A stretch of 64,000 nucleotides of DNA, taken from the NCBI RefSeq assembly GCF_018350175.1, contig NC_058368.1, positions 79,114,001 to 79,178,000 on the forward strand. The letters run 5' to 3'. This document shows, piece by piece, positions 38,240-51,200 of the stretch. The translations under genes and the position numbers were made by a program. This DNA is from Felis catus. Taxonomy: Eukaryota. A model generated the notes under the pieces. That model did no database searches. It saw only the letters and a program-made list of their open reading frames with translations, and was not told the origin of the DNA. Position 1 is the stretch's first letter. Every line of letters starts with the position of its first letter.

Positions 38240-38467
38240 GTCATCCATCAGCTGAGGCTCTCAGAGAACGAAAGCGTCGCCCTGCAGGAGCTCCTGGACT
38301 GGAGGCGGAAGCTCTGCGAGGGGAGAGGAGACTGGCAGCACCTCCTGCAGCCCTCGGAGCCCAGGGCGCCGCCCCCTCCTCCCTGCAAGAAGCCCACGCT
38401 GGTGAAGAAGCCCGACGGGGCCTCCTGCGGCCGGCTGCCTTCCGAGCTGTGGGACTCCACCATGTGA
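38240..38467 (+). CDS. MYO16: Myosin XVI terminal coding exon (75 aa + TGA)
   Basis: Long pyrimidine tract ending acaccccAG. Encodes [75 protein letters not shown], with GC-rich codon usage. Recognised as the MYO16/NYAP3 C-terminus. Confidence 0.9.
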   Translation, partial: VIHQLRLSENESVALQELLDWRRKLCEGRGDWQHLLQPSEPRAPPPPPCKKPTLVKKPDGASCGRLPSELWDSTM

Positions 38468-39575
38468 GGGCCGCACAGCAGGTGGACGCAGCGACACTGC
38501 CAGGTGGTGGCCGCCGCCGAGGCTGCCCCGTCCCCGGTGCTTCCCGCGGCGTGGACGCAGAGCCACCCAGGACGCGCCAGCAGAGGCCACCAGGGCCCGC
38601 CTGTGCTTGTGCGCATGCGCGCACGTGCGTGTTTGCGCCGTGCGCGTGCGCGTTCTTTCTCGCCGGTTCCGGCGGAATCCATCCGTTCTGGCTCCTGGGC
38701 TCCGTGGCCCAGGGGCCGTGTTTCCCCTACGTGGCGAGAGAAGGGCCTGGAAAAGTGTGGGGGGAGGAAGGGCGCGCCCGCCGTACAGTAGCGCCGCCCA
38801 CGTGTTCCTCGCTGGCCCGTCGATTTTCTAGAACACGCTGTGCGGGACACACGTTCCGTTTCTTTGTAGGTGTCGTGTTTCCTTGGACTTTACAAACCTG
38901 ATCACGATGTACATGTTTATTACCCTGTTTTATAACTTTATGCAATTGGTGGTGCTCCCTTCGAAACACCCGTTTGAAAGAGCTCGTTTCTAGAATTTTC
39001 TTTCCTCCACATGCTTTTCTTTGTTTCTCCTGGAGGACCTAAAGCCCTCGAGACTGTGCCCCTGCTTCAGCCCCGCCAGCGCCAAGCCTGTACACGCATG
39101 CACGGAGTCCCGAGTTTTTCATTTCCCTGATGAGGAGGCCGCTCCTCCCTGCGCCGTGTCTCTGCTTACGTGCCTCGCGAGCTCCTTCCGTCCGTCGTGG
39201 CCTCTCCTGGCGCCACCATCGGTCACAGGAGCTCAGAGACGTGTGGCTTCACATCCGTAGCTGGTGGGGTGACAGGGTCGCTCCAGTGAGAGGTCTACGC
39301 GATCCAGAGGAGCTCGCTGAGACTTGCCGCCTGGGGCAGAGATGCTGCATCCCCGGGTGGCCGTCCCCTCGGAGCTGCGCTGCATGGCTCACCTGCTGTA
39401 TGTGCTCAACCCCCCTGTAACACGACCACCCCGTTTATCCATGTGCTTCTGTGGCTGCGGGGACGTCCTCAGCCGTGCTGTCAGACTGCGCTGTGTCGCT
39501 ACTAGGAACTCTGTGTTCAGACCAGCCTCTGCGAAGTCACCGTACCAATAAAAGGTGCAGCTGTGTTCTTCTGGT
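38468..39575 (+). other. MYO16: MYO16 3'UTR (end approximate)
   Basis: Runs from the stop codon to just past the canonical poly(A) signal at 39547. Confidence 0.75.
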
Positions 39576-39595
39576 TGTGTTTATTTGTTGCTGCT
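39547..39595 (+). terminator. Polyadenylation signal with GU-rich downstream element
   Basis: AATAAA at 39547-39552, followed by ctgtgttcttctggttgtgtttatttgttg. Confidence 0.8.
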
Positions 39596-39770
39596 GCCGT
39601 CTCCCTGGCGCGACCGGCAGGGGCAGTGACAGGCCATCCCGTCTCTGCTGCCCACCTTCTTCTGTTCTTACGGCATTTTGCAGGCTACAGGCCCTAGTGG
39701 TTTAAAATAAGGATTTTATGGATTACTCAGACTTAACCGCCATGTAGGCCTATGTCAGTTTTTAAGAATA

Positions 39771-40222
39771 ATTGTCATTTAGGAATAATGAGGCCGCCAG
39801 ATCTGGAGACAGTTTCCATTAAAACAGATAGTTTCTTACCTGCCAGGGGGAGAAGCTCAGGGTCGGCTAGGCAGCAAAGGGGGCCAGGGAACTTCGGAGC
39901 CGAAGCTTTTATTATGATGCCCTTGGGAAGGGCTGGGCGATGCAAGGTATGCAGGCATAGAATCTGGTAAATTTGAATCATTTCAGAGGGCTTCATGTGC
40001 GGGGTGGTCCCTAGTTATCTGGTACCTGGCTCCAGGCAGGGGCAAAGGGAGGAAGGATCAGTGGCTGGAGAGGGAGGTTGTTGAGTGTGGGCTCTGCAGT
40101 GGTGGGAGTTGCTTACTTTCTGTAAAATGTGACTAGTCCCCAGGGGCAGCTCCTCCAGGATTGGCAAGGCGCAGGGGTTAAAGCATCAGAAGACAAAACC
40201 GGAAAGGCAAAGTTAACGTGCA
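39771..40222 (-). mobile_element. ERVL LTR, MER74/MER54/MER73-like
   Basis: The reverse complement has tgatgctt...gccttgccaatcctggaggagctgcccctgggactag near its start and aagaaactatctg...aatggaaactgtctccagatctgg...cctaaatgaca near its end, resembling recalled MER74-group LTRs. Confidence 0.6.
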
Positions 40223-43200
40223 GTTAAGCGAATAACATAACGTTACAGATGTATCTAACAGGGAAGCATTCTGCTTGACCTCCAGCTTAACGGCAACCAA
40301 GCCCCACACGCTGCCTCTCTCCTCTCACTCCCTGATGCCTGACTTCCTAATCTCAGCCACCAAGCAACTGAAAGAAGCCAACTTTCCTTGATGTACATGG
40401 TTCCTTGCCCATTCCTTGCATACTGTAGACAGTTAATGTCTACACTGGATCAAAAGTTTGAACTGATCCCCCCCCCCCACACACACACACAGTATATTTA
40501 TTTGGACTAGAGTGAAAAGTAAACTGTTCAAGCATTGCACCTTTCCAGAACCTGTTTCAAATGTGCACCTAACACTTGCTATGACGGCTCTGGGTGCTTC
40601 GCACACACTATTCCTAACACAGATATATACCTACCGCATGGCAAGTCTCATGTACACACACTCATCCTGGATTTGAAGCTCAGAGCGTTAAGTGGGCTGT
40701 CAGACCATAAACCCTCAACTTTACAGTTCCAAGGTCTACATCATTTTAACTTGAGGTGCAGAAATTTTCTATTTATTATATCAAAATGTGTCTTTAAAAT
40801 CTTCCAACTCAATGACTGGGGATACGGTGTTGTATGAAACTGTGAGGTAAGACTTCAAGGGAAAGCTTACGGGAAGTAGGCCGTCCCGAACACGTGTGGG
40901 TCCAGACGACACCACTGTCTATTCTGTTAACCTGGTCTCATGTTAGGGCTTGCGTAGGTGTAAGGTGACCCAACTGCCACCTGCTAGAGGTACCGTGGGC
41001 ATCCCGGGATAGTTTATATGTACTCAATCTAGTAATCCCTTTTGTCTCATCTAATGTTTGTTGACTTTCTAGAGGCAGAGGCCAAACCCCTCGGAGACTT
41101 TCTAGAACACATTTTCCCAAGTCAGTAAGTAGGTCTTTCTGTTCAGTTGGTTTGTTTTCTTCACAGTTGGAGGGAGAGTTCGGGTGTGTGTTGACCTCAC
41201 TTTAGAACTATCTCATTGTACCTGTTCTGACATGACTGGATAGTCAGCAGACTCAAAAGCATTAATAGCCGTGACAATAGAAACAGTATTAAGAGTCATA
41301 ATAATATGACATAAAGTCCGAGTCTGTGTGTATATTAAAGGTACTCCCGGAATGGTTCTCTAATGATTACAACATTGTCAACAAAATAAACAGAGGTACT
41401 ATTCTGGTTAATAAAACACCAAATGTTATTCCACATAAGCAAGATTTCAACAGTTATGTATGTTTGCAATATACTTCATGACGGTATTTTAATTGCTATC
41501 AGCCCATAAGGTATGAATTATGATATATTATTGGGCCTGAGACCTTATGTTTAGCAAAGTAATTGGTATGAATTATTACTCTGTGTTCAAACACTGCCCA
41601 ATATTATTGCTTTTTTTTTAAAAATGCTTTACGAGTGGTCTCTAAAAACTACTATCAAAATGTTTATAGTGGGTTAAAATGATTTAAAATGTATTTTCTC
41701 GAGTGGAAAAATATATTATTACTATGCTCAAATTGTGGTACCTAATTTAGCAGAATTATGCTTACATAAATCTACCCAATAAAAGCAACAACCAATTAAA
41801 ATCTGACATTTGTAAATGAGTATCACATATGAACATTACATAAGTTGGACAAAAAGTATGTTACAAATCCCACAATCTACAAAGAGGGATAAGTTTCTGT
41901 CAAAATTCTATTGCTGTCAGTTTCCAGCAACAAACTCAACTCATGTCACAGTAAAGAGCATAATGTTATTTTATAATAACATTCTGCGATGGGACATATT
42001 TCACCCCTGGCTATTACTCTGCACTACTGATTCCCCCCCCCCTCCAACTTTTAAATGTATATCTTTATCTAGAAGTTAATAGGATTTATTTTTATTTTTA
42101 GTCTCATCAGGAAATTTTCAACAACAACAACAATAAGAACAACAACAAAAAAATCATCAAATTAGCTGGACAAACAACAACGTTGTTCCAAGTAAAAGTT
42201 TAGTATAATTTCATTACAGTTTTCAAATTGTTTTTAGCTGCACATAAAAATCCGTGTAATGAAGATGAAAGCAATTATATTTCTATTTATGGTGCAATGG
42301 TAAATTCTCTGGAACGCTCACGGTTTCCCAACACAGTAGCACTGCTTTCAAAAACTAAAAATATATTCTCTCCCCCCATTCTACTCCCTTTACATCTTAT
42401 TCATAAGCAATGACTTTATCAAACAAATTCTAGTACAATGTTCTACCCATGTGAGTTACAAAGATCCCCATATAGCACCGGGTTGTAGCCTGCGCGGTTA
42501 CAGACTGGAAAGAATTACCTTTGTAGTTCGTTCACTTTCCCTAAGTACTGTAGCCCCCTGGGCTGCTCCATTATTGTGGACCCAGGAAGTTTCTCTAAAA
42601 TTCAAGATGCTTTGTAAAACTTTAAAGATGAGCTTTTCAAAGGCTAGGTCTCATTAGATGCCTATAATACATTCCTATTACCTGTTCTAATTTCTCAGAT
42701 CATTTTCAGATTTTTAAAAAGCCTACTTATACCAATCACGTTTTTTTGTATGCTTTGACTTCAGCACAATGCAATCTGGATTTTCTGTGGTTTCCCTGAT
42801 TGTTACAATGGCAGAAGCAGATCTAGGTGTCTTCTCATAGAAAATAGTAAAGGCGAATAAATCTATGCATTCATTTCCATTGCTGTTTCACAATAGGAAT
42901 GCCTCAAATGTGTCTTTGCTTTGCTTTGAATTAGTCCTGAGCAGATCGCTGGCATACCTGCGGGCTCGCCTTTCCGACAGCCCCAGGGAACACGCACTGC
43001 TTCAAAGAAAGGTGCGTGAGCCTGCCCAGGTGACATTTTCCTGATGTCACCACTTAGTGTCCAAAGTCTAAAGAAAATGAAAGAGAATGAAACTATTGAT
43101 AAATTCCAAGGGGGAGATCAAAGCTCTGGAGAAAAATGAAATGAAACCAAATTCAATTTGAGGTTTTGATCTTTTAAGATTTCAGCAAACAAAGGGGCTG

Positions 43201-44799
43201 GAGGGCCATGATCTCAAACGATTGGTTGAAACGTGTATAAATTCTGTCACATGCTGGAGAACAGTTTTCTTTGCTGAACCTATTTTTGGGAATCTGTTAA
43301 ACTGATTTCAGTCTAACTGGGTCTTGTGTGATAACAAGAAAAACCACTTCACCCAATGGTCCCTATTGTGGTTCATCAACATTACTGTTGAATAAAATAA
43401 CCAATCCTAGTATTACAAAAGTGACTTTTTGGATACCTTTGTAGGTAAGTAGGTTGTACATACGTGTGCATTGTCGGGGAAAATAGTTCTCTGGACAACT
43501 TTGCAATTGGTGGACAGTTGTCATTCTCTTGGGCTTAGAAGCTGTTATAAAAAGATAACATCCCATATTTTAAAAAGCAAGAGAAGTTCCCTGGATGAAG
43601 AGAAGAGAAGCCTTGGGAAATCCAATATAGTAAATGGCCTCAGCTCCTGAAGGTTGTCAAGCGTCGGAAAGTAGGGAATTTGAAGTGACATTGTCTCATT
43701 GCTGATTGCCAGGGACCATTACCCCTTTCAGCCCCGGATGAAAAGGCAAAGCCTACAAAGACAGAAGACTCGGTGCCAAGGGCAGTCACAAGCCAAACAT
43801 TTGCCCACAGTGACTCAAAGAAAGACCTCGTTAAAGGTACAAGCCGTTACATCACCCAGTTTTACTCCCAGTGGTTGGTGTTTGGCCCTAGTGAGTCTCC
43901 AACCCCACCCGTGTTTATCCTCGAGTAGGCTAGACATTTTAGCCAACAATCACAGGGGCTAGTAGCTCCACACAATAAACCTGTGCTCCTATTCTAGTTT
44001 TCTCCCTTATGACACAGTCTGTTGACCCCAGTCATCCAGAGACCAACGGTTCTCCCTTCTCATGTCTCCAACCTCCTCATGGTCTGTGGAGGGCTCCCCC
44101 GTTCAGCCAGCAGGTGGGGACTGGAGCGCAGAAGATGGGGCAGGGGGGAGTCACAGCCTGCCTAAGACTGGCTCGTGTCACTTCTCGTATCGCAATGGCC
44201 AGGACTCGGTTGTGTGATGACACAACTGGAAGGCAAGCTGGGAAATGGCCCTGCTCTATGACCCAGAGGAAGGGGAAGTCACCCCGTGAACAATTAGCCA
44301 GTATCTGTCACACTACATGAGGCAGGGAACTCCTGGAACAAATATCTTCAAATCTGTTTTCTATTGCCTTTTCCGCGCAATAGGTGCCTAGGGCAGCTCA
44401 CCTTCCACCAGCCATGAGTGCAGGACCCGCCTACATCCAGCTGCCACCCACCCACCTTTCCCAGTGTCCCAGAGTAAATTGTCCTTGGCTACCCTGGAAG
44501 CTCACGTAGTGAGGATGGGTCAGAGTTGAGAGAAGAGATGGGAACATTCTTGCTGGCCCAGTGGCTCCCGCTCTGGGTCTGGCTGTGGACAAAGCCACCT
44601 TTCTCTTACAGGCGATTCCCAGCGGATGTTCTCTCTCACTGAGTCCTGGGCACATCGATGCAATTCTACTCCCAGAGCTGCCGACAACACCTGCTGAGCC
44701 CATGGGCATTGGGAGAAATGCCTCTCTTTGCTGAGGTCCCCCTCATCTCCACAAGAGACTCCCATCAGATGGTGCTCTTGGCCTCTCAAGGTGTCTAAG

Positions 44800-44920
44800 G
44801 ATCAGCAAGCTATGACATCACCAGGAGCACTACCCCCAGACCCGCTGAATCAGAGTCTGCATTTTAACAAGACCTGCAGGTGATTTGTGTGGTCCGGAAA
44901 GACTGACCACATGCCCTGGA
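44800..44920. mobile_element. MER5A-like hAT fossil
   Basis: ccccagacccgctgaatcagagtctgcattttaacaagacctgcaggtgatt. Confidence 0.65.
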
Positions 44921-45417
44921 CTCCTTCACGCTGGCTCCCTCTGTGGGACCATCTCCATTTTTATCATTCTGAAGCTAAGGAAATCGTGACTCACACACAT
45001 ATCAAACCATCTTCTCTACTCATTGGAAGAGCGATGTCACCAAAGGTTTCCTCCAGGTAAAACTGAGCGCTGAGAGTTATAATTTGTGCTAGACTAAGAA
45101 TCCAACCCCATAACTCACTCCCTCTGCCATCCTAGGAAGCACACCGTTCTTAACTCCACGTGTCTTTGGAGGTGCAAGTACTCACCAAAACTTCCTACAA
45201 ATGTGCTCGTTCAAGTCTGGCTTTGGAGAGGGTCCGTAACAAGAGGAGAGGTTCCAAATTGATTATTTGTTGCAGGAGTGTTTCCTGTCATCTGTCCCTT
45301 ATGCCTGCACTTCCACTCCGATCTGGGGTGCCATGACACCCTCACAGCTGATTCTTACGGGTATAACTCAGGTCAAGAGTTTTGGGTTTTTAGCACAATT
45401 TCAATGTTCAGATAGTA

Positions 45418-45925
45418 CAGCTGAACAACAAAGAGGCTAAGGACCCACCCCTCCATGCATAATTCTTGATTCGCCAACAACTGAACCCTGCTGTTGACCA
45501 GAAGCCTTACCGATAACAGTCAATTAACATATCTTGTATGTCATATGTATTATATACTGTATTCTTACAATTAAGTAGAGAAAAGAAAATGTTATTAAGA
45601 AAATCATTAGAAGGGCACTTGTGTGGCTCAGTTGGTTAAGCATCCGACTTCAGCTCAGGTCAGAATCCAGCAGTTCGTGGGTTCGAGCCCTGCGCCAGGC
45701 TCTGTGCTGACAGTTCGGAGCCTGGAGCCTGCTTCAGATGCTGTGTCTCCCTCTCTCTCTGCCCCTCCCCCCTTGTGCACTGTCTCTCTCTCTCTCTCTC
45801 TCTCTCAAAAATAAACTTTAAAAAAAAAAGAAAATGCATTAATAATACTGTACTCTATTTATCAAAAACCATCTGCACACAAGGGGGCCACACAGTTCAA
45901 ACCTGTGTTCTTCACGGGTCAACTA
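45418..45925. mobile_element. Tigger2a-like TcMar MITE, interrupted by a SINE
   Basis: ctgttgaccagaagccttaccgataacagtc...tatatactgtattcttaca...; right terminus cagttcaaacctgtgttcttcacgggtcaact. Confidence 0.8.
45612..45830 (+). mobile_element. Can-SINE nested in Tigger2a
   Basis: gtggctcagttggttaagcatccgacttcagctcagg head, (CT)n tract and A tail. Confidence 0.92.
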
Positions 45926-46849
45926 GAGTTGGCTTTATGCTTTGAGTCACACTGATATTTTCATTTATAACTATTCCTGTTTCAAAGTTTCCATCTGCAA
46001 TTTGTTTATAGGTTTTTACATCATACTTAACATGGAATTGGTTTGGATTTCCATCTCTTAAATCAAGAATAAGCCTTCCCATGGCTCCTGCCGAGCCATT
46101 AATGCCAGGTGAAATGAAGCAAAAACAAATTTGTTCTCGATGATTCCAATTCACGTGTGGTCTATGCTTTCCGTATCATCTCTAAATAGGAAAACATACT
46201 AGACTCTTTAACCCGGAGACGGGTGCCCCCGGAAAATGAGTCAATGTGAGAAATGTTCCGAACATTTTTAACTGCCTTTCCAAATAGCAGACCCTTCAAA
46301 ATTTTACTTCTTGAATATTTTCTCATGTTCTATGGTTTCTTAGTTTGCCTCAACCTATGGCCTCTTTGTAGTCTCCCCACTTTACTCTCTATATGAGAGG
46401 ACAGGTCACTCGTCCAAACTGTGGAGTGGGTCCTTCATTTGACAGCAGTGGCTATAGTGTGTGGCCAGTAACATCCTCGCCCCCTGCCACGGGGGGGGGG
46501 GGTAGGACAGGCTGGGACCTGCTGGGCAGAAGCCTAGGTTCCTTGTTCTTCTGGAGCAAGAGGGGGGGAAGAGGGATCCAGGAGCTGTGGAAAGGGAGTG
46601 TCATTGTACTCTCGTCTTGGGTTAGTAGGGGGGCAGGGGGGTGGAACGTGAGAAAGACACGGGGTAGTTAATGAACTCCACCAACATTTTCAACTGGGAA
46701 GCAGAACTTACATTTTGGTACCAAATTCATCAAGAAGCCCATTGAAATTTTCTCTATGAAGATGCTTTAATTTTATGTATGGTACCCCTGAAGCAAGTTT
46801 ACTTATTGAAAGTAAAACATATTTCTAAAATTTCTCCTCTGCATATTTG

Positions 46850-47370
46850 GCCTTGAATGTCCTTTTCAAATCAAATAGATACAGTTCCTGCTCCTAGGAG
46901 GTTACAGTTTGGGGAAGAAAGGCAGACAAGTAATTCCACATATAACTATTTAAAACCAATGTTGTCAAGTTCTGTGAAGGCAAAGTGCGGAGCATCACAA
47001 AACTCTAAAGGAAAATCTAATTTACGTAAAGGAGTGACGGAAGTATTTTTGAAAGTAGTACTTATATTGGAACCTAACTGGGCAGCCAGAGGATGAGAAG
47101 AAGAGTGCGTCAGTCAGACACCACGTGGAAAGTAGAGACAAGATGGCGGCTTCCCGCTAAGTGACTCTTCCTGTCCAAGTGCTCAACGTCCTCTGCGCAT
47201 ACCTTCACTCTGGCACCTGCCAGCTGGTATCACAATTTCTAACCTTCCCTCTAAACTGTGAAGTTTAAGAGACGTTGGTATCCCTCAGACTCTACAATTG
47301 TCTTTGGCGCAGAGGATGCAGCAACCCGCTACTAATGGATCAATAAACGAAATGATGCACGAATGAAAGA
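46850..47370. mobile_element. L2 remnants
   Basis: acagttcctgctcctaggaggttacagtttggggaaga...; ctaaactgtgaag...aatggatcaataaacgaaatgatgcacgaatgaa tail. Confidence 0.45.
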
Positions 47371-47559
47371 ATGCCAATGAGGCCGTTTTTCAGGGTGTCA
47401 GCCTGTAGCCCCTGATATCCTTCTGCTCTTTCCTAAATCCCCCAGAATAACATATAAACATTTTAATACTTAAACCATGATATAAGACTTGCGCAAAGTG
47501 AGAAAATTATTGAAGCGTAGAACAGACTGACAATGGGATTTGGAAAGGAACCCACAGCC

Positions 47560-47770
47560 TACAATGGGCAAAAAATGGATTTGGTGTCAGAATATATTGC
47601 CTTCCTACGGATGAGTATTAGAACGTAAAAAAATTCATTCACCTGAGCCTCCACGTGCTCAACAATAGAAGAGGTGTAACATTTACGTCTACCTTATACA
47701 GTCAACTATTAAATGAGATGATACGCGCGAAGGTCGTTTGTGAACCGTGCTAACATTGGTTATCTAGAGT
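47560..47770 (+). mobile_element. MIR
   Basis: attcacctgagcctcc...acctta...attaaatgagatgatacgcgcgaagg. Confidence 0.5.
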
Positions 47771-48049
47771 TACTGCTTTATTAGTTAACTCTGTGGATGT
47801 TTAAATAGCAAAAGAATACTTGACTTTTGCTTTTCTTAGTTGATCTCACAAAGCCCTGAGGTAAAGGAAGAAAAAGAATAAATATGTGTCCTATTTGTTA
47901 TTCTATTTTTGCCTTAGGAAAGACAGAACTAATGGCCAGCTACCATAATGTGCCGAGCGTAGGAGCCCGGTATCCATTCATCACCCACAGAGAGCACTGG
48001 GCAGGACTTAGGAATCTAGGTTCTGTCCTAGCTTAGTAGTTAGCCTGCC

Positions 48050-48229
48050 ATTTTTTTTAAGTTTATTTATTTTCAGGGAGGGTGGAGTGGCAGAGAGACA
48101 GAATCCTAAGCAGGCTCTGTGCTGTCAGCGCAGAGCCTGATGCAGGGTTTGATCCCATGAACTGTGAGATCATGACTTGAGCTGAAATCAAGAGTCCGAC
48201 GCCCAACTGACTGAGCCACCCAGGCACCC
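48050..48229 (-). mobile_element. Can-SINE
   Basis: Reverse-complement head gagccacccaggcaccc; TSD-like tagcctgccatttt / tagcttgcatttt. Confidence 0.92.
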
Positions 48230-48262
48230 TAGCTTGCATTTTTTTTTTTTTTGTAATAGGAG

Positions 48263-48263
<1 letters not shown>

Positions 48264-48296
<33 letters not shown>
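48264..48296. repeat. (TG)n microsatellite, ~16 units
   Basis: Read directly from the sequence. Confidence 0.96.
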
Positions 48297-48298
<2 letters not shown>

Positions 48299-51200
48299 CT
48301 GTTGGGGACAGGGAAGGAAAAGGATGTATAACAAATTCCTGAGTGATTATTCTAAGATGCTATGATTTGTATAAGATAACTGACATTTTGAAAAAAAAAA
48401 AAAGAGAGAGAGAAAGAATAGCTAAGAGATTGCTTTGCCCCAACCAGTAAGTATAAAAACAATGATAGATCCCAAAGGAAGGGAAGGCATATCTCTAGTT
48501 AGAGACTCATTCAAGGCAACAAAGTAAATTTTAAGAATATATACATGTTACCAAAAAAAAACTCAGAAAAATGACTTTAAGGATTAACTGTGCTAGAAAC
48601 ATGAGCCCACTGTCTTCAAAGTGGCCACTGACACTTATCCCCCAGACATGGGGTTTCTTTTTGAGTGGTAAAAATAAAAATGATTTAGAATTGGAAATCA
48701 AGCCTTCCCCTACTGACGTGACAGTGTTAGACCTTGCCTTGGGCAAGCCCAAGGAAAAAGACAAAGAAACACAAGGAATTCAGGGTGCCAAAGCTTATCA
48801 AAGTCAAAACAGTATCTTTTCAAAATAGCAAGGAAGGTTGCAAAAATGATTTCATAGGAAAGAGCATCTAACCTGACCAAGTGGAGGATTCAGGAGCAAC
48901 GCGAAAAACTCCGAATTGCACACTTCTTTCGCCTTTGATGGTGCCAAAGGACACGTGGGAACCTAAAACTGGCAAGAACCGTAAAGTGGAAATGGAAAGA
49001 ATTGGTGTGTGGGTCTGCAGAAAATCTAGGAGGATCCTGAAACCAAAGCAGCTAAAAAGGCTCCAAGCCGCTGTCCCCTTGCACGTGTTAAATACATAGA
49101 ATACCACCCAAACCGACACTGAACTAGACAGACGGTACACCTTGTTTTTTCAGATTAATCTGTTGCATGTTTGTTTGGTCTGGGTAATCTCTCCTCCCAT
49201 CCCCCACCGATTATCCTGAAGGGGCAGAAACCGAAGTGAATGGGTTCCCATGTCAGATTTCCAAAGGGAGTACCTTAGCTCATTGATACGACCAACCAAT
49301 ATTTCTGAGCACCTGTGAAGGAGTAGGCTTACAGTGGTCCCAGGGCTTACCAAAAAAAAAAAAAAAAAAAAAAAAATGGTGCACAAATTCCAGAGCCCCA
49401 GGTTCTCAAGTATATGAAAATCTGGATGGTTGAGTAAAAGAACAGCAGCAATAATGCTTTTAAAGCATCACAATCTTGCCGTTACGAGAACAGGTTGATT
49501 GGAGAGGATAGTAAATTCATTATAAAAGCTGGAGCAGGGGAGGGTGTCTCCCCAATTCACCATGTGCCATCAAAACTGGGAGGGGGCAGGAAGGAATGAG
49601 AACTGATGTCATCCCTCCGTGTAAAGGGCTGTGTGGAAAGCCTGCAAAACTCCTGAGATGTTGTATGGTGGATGTAAAATACGCCCCTCTGAATAAGCAA
49701 CTGAGGAAATGCATTAACATTAACTGATGGGGGGGGCCATCATCTTGGGCTTTTTTGTTTTTAATGTCCCCTTGGGAGTTTCCAGCCACTTCTTCCTTTT
49801 ACTCCCACACCCCCACCCCCAGGCACCAACTGCGTATCTGTGCCCGGACCTGGTTTTTGTCTGAGCCACCTGGAGGGGGGAAGGGGGGCCGTGGTCACCC
49901 CGATCTGTGTGCCCGCAAAGCCACAAAAACACTGGATGGGAACCTGGGGCCAGCCTAGGAGGGGGCAAGCACTGTGGCGCGGGGACTCAGGTAACACGTG
50001 CAGAATTATCCCGTGCAGTGGATCTTCCCGGCACGGGGGCAAACCACGTGGCTTCATGCCCCTCTGTATACATTGGATGGTGGCCCCGGTGCCTGCCCCT
50101 ACTTGGAACGGGTGGTGGGTCATCACCGGACTGGTTCTGTGAGGTCATTTCTTGTTCATCGTCCACGGAGATGACTGCCTGACAGCAGTGGGCAGAGCAC
50201 AAAGGACAGAAAGCCCTCAAAAGGAGAAAATCAGCCCCAACAGGGCCAACGCACATAGTCACACTCCCCACAGCCTGACATTCCGTTCTCGACGATGAGG
50301 AAACAATATAATGTACGGGCCTGTCACCATAGCTATTAATAACTTGGGTGGCTTCCAGAACCGCGCAGGCACAGGGGGATATTCTGTCCTTAGTAATCAC
50401 ATCGGTGTTTAGATGTTTGCTTTCTGAGGCCATTGCCTCTGTCTCCTGCCTGCCACGTGTGAAGGTTCTAATTTTCCAGTCGCACATAAGCCCTGATTAG
50501 CAGTGATAAGGCAGTAAGTACAACCAAATTTTAAGTGACTTAGAAAACCACAAAGAACGCGGAGTTCCAAAACACTCTACTAGCACTTTCTAGTCCTGTT
50601 TTTAGAAAACCAATGGGAAGAATGTAAAACGGGGTGGGTTGGCAAGGTTTTTCATCAAAGTGTAGCTGTAATTTTAAGTAGGAGTGTGGTATTTAACCCC
50701 CTGAATGGCAGGCATGATTAAGAGAAGCTTGGCTATACTGTTTACAGCAAACCCTGATTAAATACAAACAAGCTAATGGAACCAAAACAAGAGAGAGAAA
50801 TCCCTTCTAGAATGCCCTGGGGTCCTTACCCAGAAGAATCGTCTTGGAGGAAAAGGAGACAGGAAGCGTGGAGTTGGCCATCTGTCTGTCCCCTTCCCTC
50901 CTATTTTCTTCCACCCTTTGTCCATCTGTACCGTTTGCCTACTCTAACCTATCTTTTGAGTTTCAGCTTTTCAAAAAGCAGCCACCACCCGAATCTATTT
51001 TACATTCAGGATCTCTCACCGTGGGCCTTCTTCATGTTACGAAAAAATAAGACCCAGTATTTCTCTGTGACTCCCTGAGACTTTTTTTCTGAAGTGAGGA
51101 AGGCTGAGACACCTGTGTCTGCGTTTTCCTCTGGACCTTAGATACCAGGAGACCAGGAGCATGAAGAGGAGACAGCATGGAGAGGGGCCAGGTGATCGCA

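Larger units (their letters stand above)
38240..39620. promoter_or_regulatory. CpG island over the terminal exon and 3'UTR
   Basis: Visibly very high GC and CpG density relative to the flanks. Confidence 0.75.

Noticed and set aside
38241..38969. Several minus-strand ORFs (up to 200 aa) over the terminal exon
   Set aside because: Shadow ORFs expected in very GC-rich DNA antisense to a real exon.
49755..50487. Cluster of overlapping 90-166 aa ORFs
   Set aside because: Explained by local GC richness; no coherent exon structure or known domain.
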